From assembly GCA_001179505.1 (NCBI GenBank), contig CDMY01000113.1, positions 124,881 to 188,880 on the forward strand: a stretch of DNA of 64,000 nucleotides, in the 5' to 3' direction. Positions 50,456 through 63,744 of this stretch are shown piece after piece. The notes under the pieces are model-generated. The model was not told the DNA's origin, did not search any database, and was given only the letters and a program-made list of their open reading frames with translations. The stretch's first letter is position 1; each line of letters opens with the position of its first letter. Source of the DNA: Vitrella brassicaformis CCMP3155. Taxonomy: Eukaryota; Protista; Chromerida. The translations under genes were made by a program, and so were the position numbers.

Positions 50456-53400
50456 TCACTCCTTGCCTCCTTCATCACCGCTATGCTGAGACTCAGTTAC
50501 GTCCTCTACGCGGACGACAGTCTGGTTCTGCTTGCTCTTGATGCGGGCACCTACACTACCACCTGCCCCTTCACCGCTACTGTCGCTAGTGTGTCTGTCG
50601 TCCTCTGTTGCCCCGCCAGCATCAGGAGCGAAGCCCATGCCGTAGTAGGCCAGGTCACGCATGTCGTCGCTCAAATCAACCGCCACCGGGGGCCTCTGAG
50701 GCGCGCACACACACACGGCCCAATGCAATGTCTGTGTGGGGTGATGGTGGGGGAGGTGTGTTGGTCTTCGTTGCTCACTCACTCCGTCGTAGAAGACCAG
50801 CTTCTGCTGCGCAACGGGGAGGCCGAAGAGCCGCGCACAGAGCGTCTTGAGATCTCTGCGCACCGCATGCCATGTAGCACCAAAACACAGGGTGAGAGCT
50901 TGGCCGAGAGAGAGATCATTGTACCTGACGAGGAGTGTGGACGGGAGTTTCTTGGTGATGGGCGGCTTGTGGATGATCGAACTCGCACCGGCCTCCAACG
51001 TCACACCTGAAGAAGGCACAGAATACTTACATGCTGGCGCGAGCCTATGCCTCCGATCATTGTGTGGGATCCGTTTCATCAGTACTGATGAGTGTTTGCG
51101 CGATGGTCTGCGGCTGCCCCGACGCCGACGACACTGCACACACACGCAAACACGGGATGAAATTTGCTCGTCCGTCGCGGGGTGGGGTGCGCACCTACGA
51201 GTACTTCTCCATGGATTTCCCTCAGGCGCTTCTCGTTGACACCGCCCTGACACGACACACGCGCACACACGGACACAAATCAATCACGTGACATGCAGCG
51301 CAGCACTCGCACTGTGGTTGCCTGCCTGCGAGTCTGTTTACCCTCTCCTGTGGGTCTAGCTGCTTGACGGCGGGGTGGCCCTGTACGGCCAGCGACAGGA
51401 AATACCGCTCCGCACTCGTACGCTCGCGCGAGTCCACCTGACAGGGAGGGGTAAGATACTGAGCAGACTGTGTCTATCCGTGTCTGCTCACCTCGCCGCC
51501 GTTGAGGCTCCTCAGTTGCGGCAGCATGGCTATCAACAACTGAGAGCAGCAGGATACATACCATGATACGAGTTGCCTCACAATCATCAAGCCTCGAGTG
51601 AGTGGTTCCCTCACCTGTCTGGCCAGTCTGAGTCCGCCCTGCTTTGCGTCCTCAATGATGGGGTTGTGCTGCAGGCGCAACACACGCAGCGAGCTGAAGG
51701 CCGCACACACCTCACCCAGACTACTCCTGGCCATACAACACATGCACGTGGCGCGAATTTAGACAGCCTGCTGGTGTGGTGTGGTGTACTCACCAGTCCT
51801 TGATGCAGTTGTCTTCGAGCGAGAGCACGGATATGCGCCCGAAGACCGCCTGCACACCGGGGGTCGTGCCGAGGCATGATGACTGGGATGCCCCAGCTTC
51901 GCCCAGCCGGTTGTGGTTCAGCTGCAGTGCCTCCAGGCTGCACACATAAACGAACGAACACCACAAAGAGTGATCTCGTCTCTAATCTGTGTGTGTGTGT
52001 GTGGGGNNNNNNNNNNNNNNNNNNNNNNNNNNNNNNNNNNNNNNNNNNNNNNNNNNNNNNNNNNNNNNNNNNNNNNNNNNNNNNNNNNNNNNNNNNNNNN
52101 NNNNNNNNNNNNNNNNNNNNNNNNNNNNNNNNNNNNNNNNNNNNNNNNNNNNNNNNNNNNNNNNNNNNNNNNNNNNNNNNNNNNNNNNNNNNNNNNNNNN
52201 NNNNNNNNNNNNNNNNNNNNNNNNNNNNNNNNNNNNNNNNNNNNNNNNNNNNNNNNNNNNNNNNNNNNNNNNNNNNNNNNNNNNNNNNNNNNNNNNNNNN
52301 NNNNNNGGGGGGGGGGGGGGTCTGTTTGCTCGTCTGTTTGCTCGTTATACCTGTCCATGTGTTGCAGCTGCAGCCTGTCGAAGAAGTCCCAGCTGCTGAT
52401 CAGATTGTCGTCCAGATCAAGACACCTCAGGCCGCCAAGGTGGCCCTCCACATGAGGCCCCTTCTGCTGTGTGACGGTCTCCCCCAGCCTGTTTAGCTTG
52501 AGATGCAGCTCACGCAGAGAGGGGAAGTGGCCTGACACGCGACACACCTGACACACATACCCAGCACGCAGACGCACGGCCACACACATAAAGGAGCTAG
52601 CTAAGTCATCCACCCGTTGTGCGCCGACCTCAGTCCACTTGATGTGTGTGCCGTTGAGTGAGAGCATCTCCACTGAGGGGCAGCTCACGTGTCCCTCGGA
52701 GGACTCGTCGATGGCTTTGAATCGGTTGCGGTTGAGGCTCAGGGACCGCAGGTTGGGCATCGACTTTGCAATACGGAACACCTCGCGCCAGTCGCACAGC
52801 AGATTGTCGTCCAACACGAGCACCGACACGTCTGACGTGGCAGAGAGGGAGTGAGAGAGGGTTGAATGGATCAATCGTGCGCCACAAGTGTCTGATGGAT
52901 GGATGGCCTACTTCCGAGTGTCGATGGGTGTGTGAGGCCATTTGATGCATCGCCTGCGGCAGGTTGCTGGCATGGCAGTGATGCGGTGCTGATGCTGCAG
53001 TTGTCGAGCAGCAGCTCCTCGAGGTTCTCGTAGTGGGAAAAGTACTCCCGCGCCTGACGTCACAACAAACACACAAGTGGGTGCCGGTGTGATGAGATGA
53101 CGATCCTTCTTCTCCCTGCCTGCCTGCCTGCCTGCCTGCCGGTCTAAGTGCGCACCTTATCTTGCCCGACGAACTGCATGGGTTTGGTCCTGCTGGTCTT
53201 GGCATCTACCACCGTCAAGTCACCCTCCACATCTGACAAATGACATCCAGCAAACGCCACGCCATGGCATTCGCATCAATCAATCGAGTCCTTCTACTGT
53301 CGCGTGCCGTGGCTGACCTTCTCCCTGCATGGCGTATTTGTCCACCAATGCGCTCAGCAGATCCCGACCGCCAGACACCTTGCCGGGCTTGACGAACGAC

Positions 53401-53621
53401 GCTGCCGTGTGTGGGTGCTGCGCATACTCACACGTGAAGTACCGGTCGCCTTGGAAGGTGCCCTCGTGCCGGCCACGTGACGGATCATCCCACTCGACGC
53501 CTACCCATTCATTGCCAGATGCCGAAACGCCGTCAGCCTGATCTCGCTTGAGAGGACCGAAAAAGCGAACCGTAGCGACGGACCCATCGATGGACACACG
53601 CTGGCCGACAGAGAAACTCAT
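50456..53621 (-). CDS. TBCE: Tubulin-folding cofactor E (CAP-Gly + LRR + C-terminal Ubl)
   Basis: WVGVEWDDPSRGRHEG CAP-Gly; LRRs (LVLDDNLL, LSLNRN, LDLDDNLI); C-terminal KKLPSTLLVR|DLKTLCARLFGLP...DLSDDMRDLAYYG. Confidence 0.9.
52007..52306. other. Assembly gap of 300 N inside TBCE, flanked by (TG)n/G runs
   Basis: N run, followed by 14 G at 52307-52320. Confidence 0.99.
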
Positions 53622-53649
53622 TGACGCGGAAAGAAGATGCAGATCTACC

Positions 53650-53659
53650 CAAGCTCGCA
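53650..53659 (+). promoter_or_regulatory. CAAGCTCGCA candidate promoter element in the TBCE/TUBD1 intergenic region
   Basis: The same 10-mer occurs at 38561, 38578 and (minus) 47951, all between divergent genes. Confidence 0.45.
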
Positions 53660-53734
53660 AGCAGAAAGAATTTACGAACGACCAAAGGGGATTAATAGCC
53701 GCGGAAGGCCATTCTGCGGCAGATCTGATCCATC

Positions 53735-55673
53735 ATGTCTACGGTGACGGTTCAGCTTGGCCAATGCGGCAACCAGCTGGGCCAGCAGCTCTTCCAGCTC
53801 CTCCACACGGAGGCCACCACCGCCCCGACCCAGACAAACACCGCCAGCAGCAGCCTCAGCAGCAGCCTCCCCGCGTCCACCATCTCCCCCTACCACTCGT
53901 CGCTGCTCGACACCTACTTCTACCAGCCGCAGACCAAAGATAGGCACAATGACGCGTGGACGGCCAGGGCGGTGCTCATCGACATGGAGCCCAAAGTGGT
54001 CGAGCAGTGCCTCCACTCCACACACACCAAGCGGCCGCCCACACTCCTGTCTGCTCGACATCCACATCCCTCGAACAAGGCTGCCGCTGGTATCGGTGGG
54101 AGCGGTGGCGCGCCTTCGGGTCAGTGGCGGTACGACGCCAAGAGTGCGGTGTGTCAGCAGAGCGGGAGTGCCAACAACTGGGGGTACGGGTACTTTGTGC
54201 ACGGCGAGCGCAACAGGGAGAGGATAGCCGACGTCACGAGGCGACAGGCCGAGAAATGCGACAGGCTCGACAGCATACACCTGATGCAGAGCCTCGCAGG
54301 TCAGATCTGCAGGCAGACGAACAGATGAAGCGGTTGGCACACTCTTTTAAAAGAGTGTTTGTGTTTGTATTTGATAGGTGGCACCGGTAGTGGGTTGGGT
54401 GTGTATGTGTTGGATTTGTTGTGCGACGAGTACCCCTCTGTGTCGGTCCTCAACACGTGCGTGTGGCCTTTCAAAGCGGGCGAGGTCACGGTCCAGTGCT
54501 ACAACGCATCCCTCTCAATGGCCAAGATATACCAGCAGAGGTCAGCTAGGCCATTTTCCATCCATTCTCTCCCTGATGTGCGTGTGTGTGGTGCAGTGAC
54601 GGCATCCTGTTTGTTGAGAACGACCGGTACCGGTCTCTGTGCGAGCGTCTGTACCACATCGACCACCTGTCGTTCCCCTGCCTCAACGAGGCCATCGCCA
54701 ACGACCTCATGGGCGCACTCACACCCCTAGACGACCCCGCACTGTCGGCATCTGTGGGCTGGCGGCCAGCCATCCCCCTCATGCTCAGACAGTGCTGCAC
54801 TCACCCCGCATACAAACTCCTCACCATGAGATCCGTCCCGCAGGTCAACACCATCCATCCATCCATTCATCCAACATGGCAATGATCCCATTCATCCGTG
54901 TCTGTCTTTAGGTGCCGGTATCTTCTGTTCCGTATCACAGCGACGAGTGGTCGGGGCTGCTGAAGCGGCTGCATCGCATGTGTGGCCACCAGCTGATTCT
55001 CGACTTCGAGGGCGCTACCCCACATATGGAGAGGGGCTGGGGGAGCTCATGGGGAGGGGGAGGCGGTGGGGGCGGGGGCATGCACAAGACATCGCACCCC
55101 GACGCACCGCCGGCAGGTGCATCGCAGCAGCCGTGGGGTGAGGAGGACGACCAGCAGCGGTGGGGCAACGTGAGTGTGGGCAGCCAGCTGGTGCTGCGGG
55201 GCGTCGACACGCACAGGGCCGACCCGGCCCCACTCATGAAGAACGACAACTTCTGGAGCCTCGCGCTCGACCCCATTGTGGTCCGTCCCCCACACAAGCC
55301 ACAGAGGCAGAGATGCTCGCTCCATATGTGTGCCATGTGTGTGTATGTTTCTCTGCGTGTAGGTGTATCAGAATCCGTTTCCATTCCGTGGTCTGCAGCG
55401 GTCGGCGTCGCTCATAGCCAACGACCAATCGCCGCTGACAGCCCTCAAAGAGTGAGGGAGTGAACACCCCTGCAATACAGATCATACACCATGCATGCGT
55501 GTGTGTGCGGGGGTGCGGTATGTGGCAGGATGTTGCATCGCGGCTTGGGCATGCTGGTTGGTCGAGCGTATGTGCATCAGTATGAGGCGTACGGGCTGGG
55601 GGAGGAGGCCATCGGCGAGGCCATGCAGTGCCTCACACAAATCATTCACTCATACCAGCAACTCAAGACATGA
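53735..55673 (+). CDS. TUBD1: Delta-tubulin
   Basis: MSTVTVQLGQCGNQLG; ARAVLIDMEPKVV; SGSANNWGYG; SLAG|GTGSG; VWPFKAGEVTVQCYN; C-terminal RAYVHQYEAYG...QIIHSYQQL, typical of the delta class. Confidence 0.9.
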
Positions 55674-56003
55674 TTGACCTGCCAGGCCAGCTGTGGACAT
55701 CCATCATATCACAATACTTTTCGTGATGTTTGCCCGTTGGCCACCTAAAGTAACATCTAGACCCTCTTTCTTTGCTTCTCTGCATCCGTTAACATGCACT
55801 ACCGCAGCCTGTCTGTGCTCGGCCGGCCCCGTGCTTGGTGTTTGTGGTGTCTCGTCGGATTGGGATGCCTCTCAGACGAGACACCACAAACATCAAGCAG
55901 GAACAGAGGGAACAGAGTCATCAGCAGCGACGTTCAGTCAGTTCGACGCAACAAACACTGTATGCGTATTGACATCAAAACATCCCATCCACACAACCCT
56001 CCC

Positions 56004-57612
56004 TCACTTTGGCACGCACCACAGCACCCAGATGTCCTCACACGATACCAAAGCCCCCCCACCCCCACACCCATCACCACCATCACTACCAGCACGCATC
56101 AGCGCCGCCCGCAGCACATTGGATCGCCTCCGCGGGGCCGCCAGCCTCTCAGGCGCCGTCGATGCGCCGCTCATCCGCCGGCAGGGGCACATCGGTGATG
56201 TCATAGATGTGACACATATCGCCCAGCTTCTGGAAGAATTGCACCACACATGGGTCTCGATAGCGGTAGCTGAGGAGGATGGGTGGGGGCCGGGTGGCAC
56301 AGTCGATGGCTCGTCTGAGTGTGGCAATGAGGGGCCCGTAGCTGTCGCTGTTGTACAAGACGTCACATAACATGATGAGCGAGAAGGGGCCGAACTCATC
56401 ACTGACGGCCGTCAGGGCCGCGTCGTCGCCCCGCGGCAAAGGACGGCCATGAATGTGTGCCTTGCGATCAGACTCTGCACATGGAACCACGACCAAGCAC
56501 GATAGACAATGACACACACTGGGCATGCCCTCGTTCGTTCCGTCTGTGTGCTGTTCATCAATTACCTGCACCAAAGTTGAGAGTGAGGTTGGCCTCACAG
56601 ATGGGCATTACGTCAGGTAGGTCAGTGCACACGACCATCGGCTGCCGCATCCCGCCACTGAGATAGTACACGATGCCACCGACCCCCGTGCCGCTCCCAA
56701 GCTCCAGACAAGCGTGCCTTCCAGCATCATGCTCATGCAGCAACCTTCTGTAGCCCTCTTGCCGCAAACACTCCGCCACCATCCATCCAGCGTCCCATAC
56801 CTTCCCCCCCAGCACCTCGTAAGCCGACTGCTCCAAAATGAGGGCTAGAGGGCCGACGGGCGAGAGGTCGAGCAGCCGAGCGCCGCTGAAACCATCCCAC
56901 GCATCAACAAGGGCATTACTCCCTCCTGCTGCCGTGTTGTTGGTCACCAGAGTGAACAGCAGCGATGCGGCCCTGAGAATGCCGCCGCCAGCCACGCACT
57001 TGGGGTCCACCTGCACGACTAGGATGGCCGTCACGGACAGCACAGAAGACGGCCGCCTGCCCATGGACGGCACCATGTCGATGGCCACCTGCAGCGATGC
57101 ACTGCCGCTCTTCCTGACAAGGAGGTCTCTTGGGTTCTTGACAGCCACATGCAGCTGGCAGGGTGGGGCGGGGGATTGATGGCTGCCAGTAACTGGCGTC
57201 CATGGGATGGCCGTGAGCTGCAGGCCGACATACTACCTGCTGCTGCTGCTGCTGCTGGATGGTGTGGATGATGAGTCAGAGGGCACCATTGCATGACTCA
57301 TGCCCTGACAACCAAACGAGAACGGGAACACACACACATGCTCTTCTAGGCTACTATGGCCCCAGTGGTCAGTTCAAGCGTACCAGCTCGTTCGCAAGAT
57401 AGAGCTGGCACAGATAGACAAACAAACAGCAAAGGGCACTACACCATGATGCGATGAGTCAGACGACAGTGTCCTTCATGCTGCCACCATACCTCAGCAG
57501 TGAAGTATTCGCCGGCCTTGACGACCTTTGGTGGTCTGTTTTTGAAGTAAAGTCTGAACAGCGTGTGCTGCACCTGACAGCTGACGTCGTACGATGCCGT
57601 GTTCGAAGCCAT
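56004..57612 (-). pseudogene. Inverted duplicate of the METTL21-like gene (copy 2) with a +1 frameshift and premature stop at 56149
   Basis: Exons and introns nearly identical to 31397-32977; reads GACGGCGCCTGA where copy 1 reads GACGCGCCTGAG. Confidence 0.8.
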
Positions 57613-57773
57613 ATCGAGACTGTCCCTATGAATTGAAGGCTTCAAGCTCGGCATTCTAGGAAGGCTCCGTAAAACCGCTGCGGGATCGCCTGCTGGCTCA
57701 CTCTGAAACCGCTGGGGATCTGATCTGCTCTGTTGACGGCTTGGCGTGACGGCTGGGGCGGCTGGTGGGGACG

Positions 57774-59086
57774 ATGGCTGCCCATGAGCACCCCGTCAGC
57801 CACTTGTTTGTCGGCAGCCGAAGCCATCTGCCCGACATCGTCACGGTTGCCCGCCTTAGGGCCACATCGAAGAGCATCCGGGCTGCCTTCACCATAGCTG
57901 AGCTGCGCACCCGCCTCGCCAACTCACTGAGCCGTGACGGAGATGGCATCAACACTAAGCAGCTGCAGCTGGTGCGGTTCGACCCATCGCTGTGGATAGG
58001 TGAGCTGATGGCGGCGGTGTGGATAGCCGAGGAGGGCGGGCGGTGGGATGAGACGGGGGAGATGCTGCAGTGGGCCAGCCAGTGCGGCTGTTGTCAGCTG
58101 CCCCTCAACCTCACGGCAGATGACATTCGCACACACGCCAACAAGACGGTAAGGCACACACACACAGGGAGGCGGGAGGGAACAGAGAGGCCTCAGTCAT
58201 TCCTCTGTCTGTCTGTCTGTCTGTCTGTGTGGTGTAGGCGTATAGATCGGTAGCTCGTGTGTTGGCGCAGCTCATGGTGGTCGGCCGCCACGTGGCCTTC
58301 GGTGATGGCAGCTGCCTGCGGATCTTCCGCCGTGCCAATGGTGAGGTGCGGGCCATCAAGAACGATTTCTGGTTCCGGCTGGACGACGTCGACCCGCCCC
58401 TCCCTCCCCACCATCTGTATCAGCGGCACCGACTACAGCATGACCCACCAGTGGAAACCGGCATCGCCTACTTTGGTGTATGGCGGTCGAGCTTCCTGTA
58501 CGAGTATGCGTCATTGTCGTCATTTGCCAAGAAGATGATCCTCGACCACTTCTACTGCACTCACCAGCCCTCTCGCACATCGATACGACTCAACAGGTAA
58601 CACACCAATGGCACCAGTGGCGAGAGTGGTGCGTGTTTGATTGTGTGGTTTGTTGGTTCAGGCGTGTTGGCGGCGGCCGTCTGGATGGCCTCCTCATTCA
58701 GTCGCCACACACACCGGTGGCCGGATGCACCACCACACTCAGCTCGGACGGCCGTGTTGGGCGGTACCTGGTGCTCACCAGCAGCAGCCACACCTTCGTG
58801 GCGTGGATTGCCATTTCGAATTTGGGGGACAACACCGGTCACGCCGACAGACAGCTCTGCTGGTGGTCAAATGTCATGTGTTGTTCTCTCTCGTCTGTCT
58901 GCAGTGAGGGTTACTGTCCACACGACCGAGGCGCCTGTGCCGTGTGTGAGCGGTTCCTTCAAGGACCGCTTCCCGGTCACGACTCAGCTGGCCCGTGTGG
59001 CGCTGGGTCGAGTGACGCCATACGTCTTCGACGGCCAAGTACAACAGCAGCAGCACGACGACAGCGACGATGACGGTACAGACTGA
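57774..59086 (+). CDS. Member of a large Vitrella-type lineage-specific hypothetical family (4 exons)
   Basis: HLFVGSRSHL...VARLRATS...FPVTTQLARVALG pattern; introns at about 58149, 58598 and 58870 keep the frame. Confidence 0.7.
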
Positions 59087-59642
59087 GGGAGGAATGTGTG
59101 TGTGAATGGATGCCGTGCCCTCTCCCGGTGTGTGCGTCTGTGTTCAGGAGGATACCTGTAGCTGGATTGCATTCAACTGGCGCCATAGATAGCTGCCGAT
59201 GACCCATCCAGGCTGGCTGTGGGCTGAGGGGCTGGGGTGGGTCTGTCTCTCCGGTCCTCCGGTCTGTCTGCAGAGCTATGTGCATGTCTAGCTGTCTCTC
59301 CCCCTCCCTCTAACCTGTCGATGTATATTGATGAATGGCTGGCCGACTTTGTCCGCTGTGGTGATGCATGTATTCTCTGATGAGCGTGACATTGCCCAGT
59401 ATGCATGAGTGTGTGAATAGTATTGAGCGTCCTTTTCGTGTCAAATCCCATCAAAATCCCATCAAAATATGTCTCATTTCATTTGGCCCATGGTCGTGTC
59501 AGTCAATGTGTGTCCAGCGACGAGTCAAATTCCATCAAGACACGGCCGGCCATCGGGCAACAGGCCGGCTATCTGCAACAGCGCGGTTTCTGCGAGCTTT
59601 GCAGGGGAGAGGTCGCTTTCACGCAGTACCCCAACTCCATAG

Positions 59643-60915
59643 ATGAGAAGCCAACTCCTCCCTCGACGATGGGCAATGAATGAGGTGCTGCCGTCCGTAT
59701 GGCTGGGGTCGATGCATGCCGGTAGGCCCGAAGAAGAGCCAGGTGTCAAGCAATAGGTGTCAAGCATGACGGTCTGATGCGTGTTTGTGTGTGCGCAGCT
59801 GTGGACGAGACCTTTCTGGCTGGTGTCGGGATCACACACATCTTGACAGCCGGGAGCGGCCTTTCTATCACAGCCCCTTCATTTATCAAGCATCACATGA
59901 CGCTGGAGCTGGCGGACACTGTATGGGACAGCGTTCTGCCGCACGTTGAGGAGGGCGTCGCGTTCATGGATGGAGCCGTCAAGGAAGGAGGCAAGGTGCT
60001 GGTTCATTGCGCCGCTGGGAGTACGTTGACTACGCAAACGCGAATCGTTCTATGTCTTCTGCTGTCTGTCCCTGTCTTGTGTGCATGGTTTTTTCAGTGT
60101 CGCGGTCGCCGAGCATCTGTATCGCCTATGCGATGAAGGCGCTGGGAATGACGTATTTTCAAGCCTTCAAGACAGTCAAGAAGGTCAGACCGATGACGTC
60201 ACCCAACACGGCGTTCAGAGCACAGGTGAGGGAGGGAAGGAGGGAGGGAGGGAGGAGCAAGCAGGAAACAGCAGCCCCGATCAGACCGATGTATGTATGT
60301 GTGCGCCTGTCACATAAGCTCCTCCTGTACCAGAAGCACAATTTTGATGTGAAGTCGGCTTCTAACGAATGGTGGGCATTGCCACGCACACAAGCATCAC
60401 GTGAATGGTCGGTTCCCTTGCCTTGGCTTTGTGTCTCGTCAGGGGTCGGTGTCTCGATTCCTTTGGCATCAGGCTCTACCGCGATCCGTCCGATGGCTCG
60501 CCTACCAGCACTGCGGCCACGCAGAGACACATGGAGGTTTTCTACCGCTTCGATGACGTGTCGCCGCATTCACACGCTGAGGGACACATACACGAGGACC
60601 TGGAGAAGGCACTGGGGCTGGAGGGCAGTACGGCCATGCCATTGGAGGGGGGCTAGCTGATTGAGAGACCTCTGTTTTGTGTGTTCTCATCTTGAGTGTC
60701 GGCATGTACAGCTTTGGGTCGGTGGGAAGTTACATTCCATCGATTCAAGAGACAACACCATGACGAGTCAACAGCTTTGGAACGTACAAATGGAAGTTAT
60801 CTCATCTCCATGTGCGGCATGCATCGCTCCCCCCCTTCCCCACCCTCTCAGTCTCTCTCAGACACTCGATCTCCTCACTAAGTGCCTGGAGCTCCCGCCG
60901 GAGGGGCGAGGATAA
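59643..60915 (+). CDS. Dual-specificity protein phosphatase (both ends uncertain)
   Basis: VLPSVWLGS, GITHIL, LADT, spliced VLVHCAAGMSRS, VKKVRPMTSPNTAFRAQ|L. Confidence 0.85.
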
Positions 60916-61018
60916 GCATGGACAAGACGGAGACAGCGGTCGGGGTGGCAGTGGCGACAAAGAGCCTGGTTGTGGTGCGGCAGATGGCTGAGGGGCGACA
61001 GGTGACATGATGCTCTGC

Positions 61019-63744
61019 TCAGCCTGCAACAGACAACCAGAAAGAGGTTGCTGTCCTGACATAACCCCAGCGCTCCTTAGGTTGACCGACCTGTGCCTCC
61101 CTCTCCTGATCTGCCGCCCTTTCACTCCTTTTTTCTTGCGCGGCGACGCTGCGACGCCTCAGCAGTCGTGACCTGGGCCGATCCAGCAGCCTCTCCAGAG
61201 CAGCCGCATGCTCCACGTGAGCCTTAAGCAGCTCTGGCAAATGACCAAGCACCGAGCTCAGGCCCCTACCAGCCGCCCCCCTTGCGCGCGAAGTGCTCGC
61301 GGGCGACTCGTGGCGGTCACACAGGGGAGTCGACGACTCGTCGGCCTCTCCCCTTCTCGAGCACGCGTCCATCTCCGAGAACGCTCGTCGCGATGTGTCG
61401 ATTGAGGCTGGGCACGGCGGATGGCTGGTTGGTGCCTTGCTGGGGAGACGGGTGCCGGTTGTGATGCGGCGCCTCAACGGAGTGGGGTTGGGGGTGGCGG
61501 GGCCTTCACCTTGGGGCTCATTCTCGCTGTCTTCTGTGGCCACTGCCGCGCTGATGGACGTCCGACAAGTGCTCTTGAGCAGAGACAAAGCCTAAAGAAG
61601 AGAGAAACAGGCGGTGCACGTGTACGAAACGATTTGATACGGATGCGCACCTTTGATCCAGTCCGCGTCCCAGCCCTCCGTTCATCAGCCATCTTGAGAA
61701 CGGGAATGTTGTCTAGCGCTAAAGGCGGCACCGCGCAAGCCCCTGCCCCTGGATCCTGAGACGCCCTACTTGATGGCATCGACCCAGAGGACGACCCCCC
61801 CCAGGACCTCACTGATGCCGATCGATGCATCCTGGCAACGTGGGGCGAGGCATCACTGACGTCGACGGCAGCGGGGGCCGGCGGGGATGGGGGCTGGTGT
61901 TTGCGGATCGATGGAATGGGCGCCGCCTCCTCAACAGCATGATTCGCCGATATGCACGCCATGGCGTCGCCATGTGCCAGAGCCCGCAGAGGTGCGCTGG
62001 GCTTTGGCTTGGCAGACGTGGGAGGCAGCGGGGGCCGCGACAAGTGCGACGGAGACTCCATCTTGGCACCCGGCTTCGAATGACCAGCAGACGCCGCAGC
62101 AGCATCCCCACTGCCATCGCTCCGCTGCTGAGGAGCAGCGAGGGGCGACGGTATCTGCAGGCTGCATGGCGGAGGGGGCTGTGGACGAGGAGGAGTGGAA
62201 GGGACCGGCGGTGGACTGAAAGGCCTGACAGAGAAACCGGACAGAAAGAGAAGAGACGAGCTGTGTTGCTGTGGGTGTGTCTCTCCCCCTCTCTCTTTTC
62301 TACGTACTCGTTCTTGAGCTGGTAGAGCAGCTCACAGGTCGCATCACACGTATGCCCCGGCAGCCAAGCGTCCGGACACTCATCGAATGGCCTGTCATCC
62401 ACCCGAATCAGTTCTTCAACCCTCCCCCAGTCCCTCACACGACCCCTCCCCTTGTCTGACGCATCAAAGTGCGGCTCGGCCGTCGGCAGCACCGGCGAGA
62501 CCGACAAGGCCCCCATCCTCTCTTGCTTCATGGGCACAGGGGATGGCGGCGGCCCAACTCGCCACTTCTTGGAGAAGAGGGGGATGACCTGTGGCGAGGG
62601 GGAATCGTTGCCGAAGGGAGAAGGAGAGGCGAGGGACTGGTTGGCAGGATGAAGTGGCGTCTCGACCACAGTGTATTGGGTCGGCAGCCGATACAAAGGG
62701 CCATCGGCAGGCCTCAGTGGGGAGGCGTTGCTGACAGGCTGTATAACACACAGACACGGAGCAAGAGAAGTGTGGCGGCAATTGAATCCTCGTTTCTCAG
62801 TATCCTACCTTTGCTCTTGCATCGTCTCCTCTACCACTCTCCTGTCCCCTCCTCGCCCTTGTGCTACTCACGGGCTGCGCCTCCAAGACCTCTACTGGTG
62901 TCCCATGACCCCTGGGCACCTTCGGCGGTAAGCCTACCACTCGTGGAATCGGCCCCGTCCCATCCTGTGGCCGGTGCGACGTCTGCGTGCCGAAGCGCTG
63001 CCTCGCAAGCCCAGCCAGATCACCGCTTTCTTGCCTCGATGATGAAAGCACTGAGGGTGGCCTGGTTTCCGGCGGCGATTGGCTGGATAAGGCAGAGAGG
63101 GGAGGGGATGGTGTGGCCTTCTGGATGCCCTTGCTCGCATGTGATTGGTCTGTAGCTGCCCTGCGATGGAGGTCCAGGGGTGGCGGGAAGAACAAGGCCT
63201 GCCCTCGATGCACCATACGAGCCGACGACAAAGCCATTCTTCTCGGCTGATCTCTTGAGCCATGTTCCTGAATGGCTGAAGACGGTCTTGTAGCAGCAGC
63301 ACTCTTCGCGTCGCGGTGCTGCTGGCCCTGGTGGGGCGGTAAGCTCCTGCTGTCGTGCAGCGGCGCCCATCGCCCACTATCCCCTTGTCTATCTTGCAGT
63401 GGACGAAGCGAAGGACTTCTAGAAGTGACGGGCGTCGAGGCGCCTGAGGTCCTCGGCCGGATGGGTGCATGAGGGACGGCAGAAGCAGGAGGACAGGAGT
63501 GGTCATCCAACGAAGTGGGCAAACGAGTAGACGGCGTCGCGTGCTGTGAAGAGGGTCGGGGCGCGGAAGAAGAAGTCACCTTCGGCCTCACATGGAGCCT
63601 GTCAACGGCACACATTGCATCATGCATTGTGTTTGCACTGGTGAGAATGCGTTCTGCCCACCTCTCATCCCTTTCAATGGCAGCAACGATATCTTCAGCC
63701 CTCATGTCCAAGAGAAAGGTCTGAATGACGTTGTCCTCAGCCAT
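61019..63744 (-). CDS. Ser/Pro-rich multi-exon hypothetical protein
   Basis: Long minus-strand ORFs (62797-63744, 61809-62696, 61474-62061, 61019-61588) linked by probable introns. Confidence 0.45.

Noticed and set aside
51876-52496. ORFs of 130-200 aa spanning poly-X
   Set aside because: Artefacts of translating through the 300-N gap
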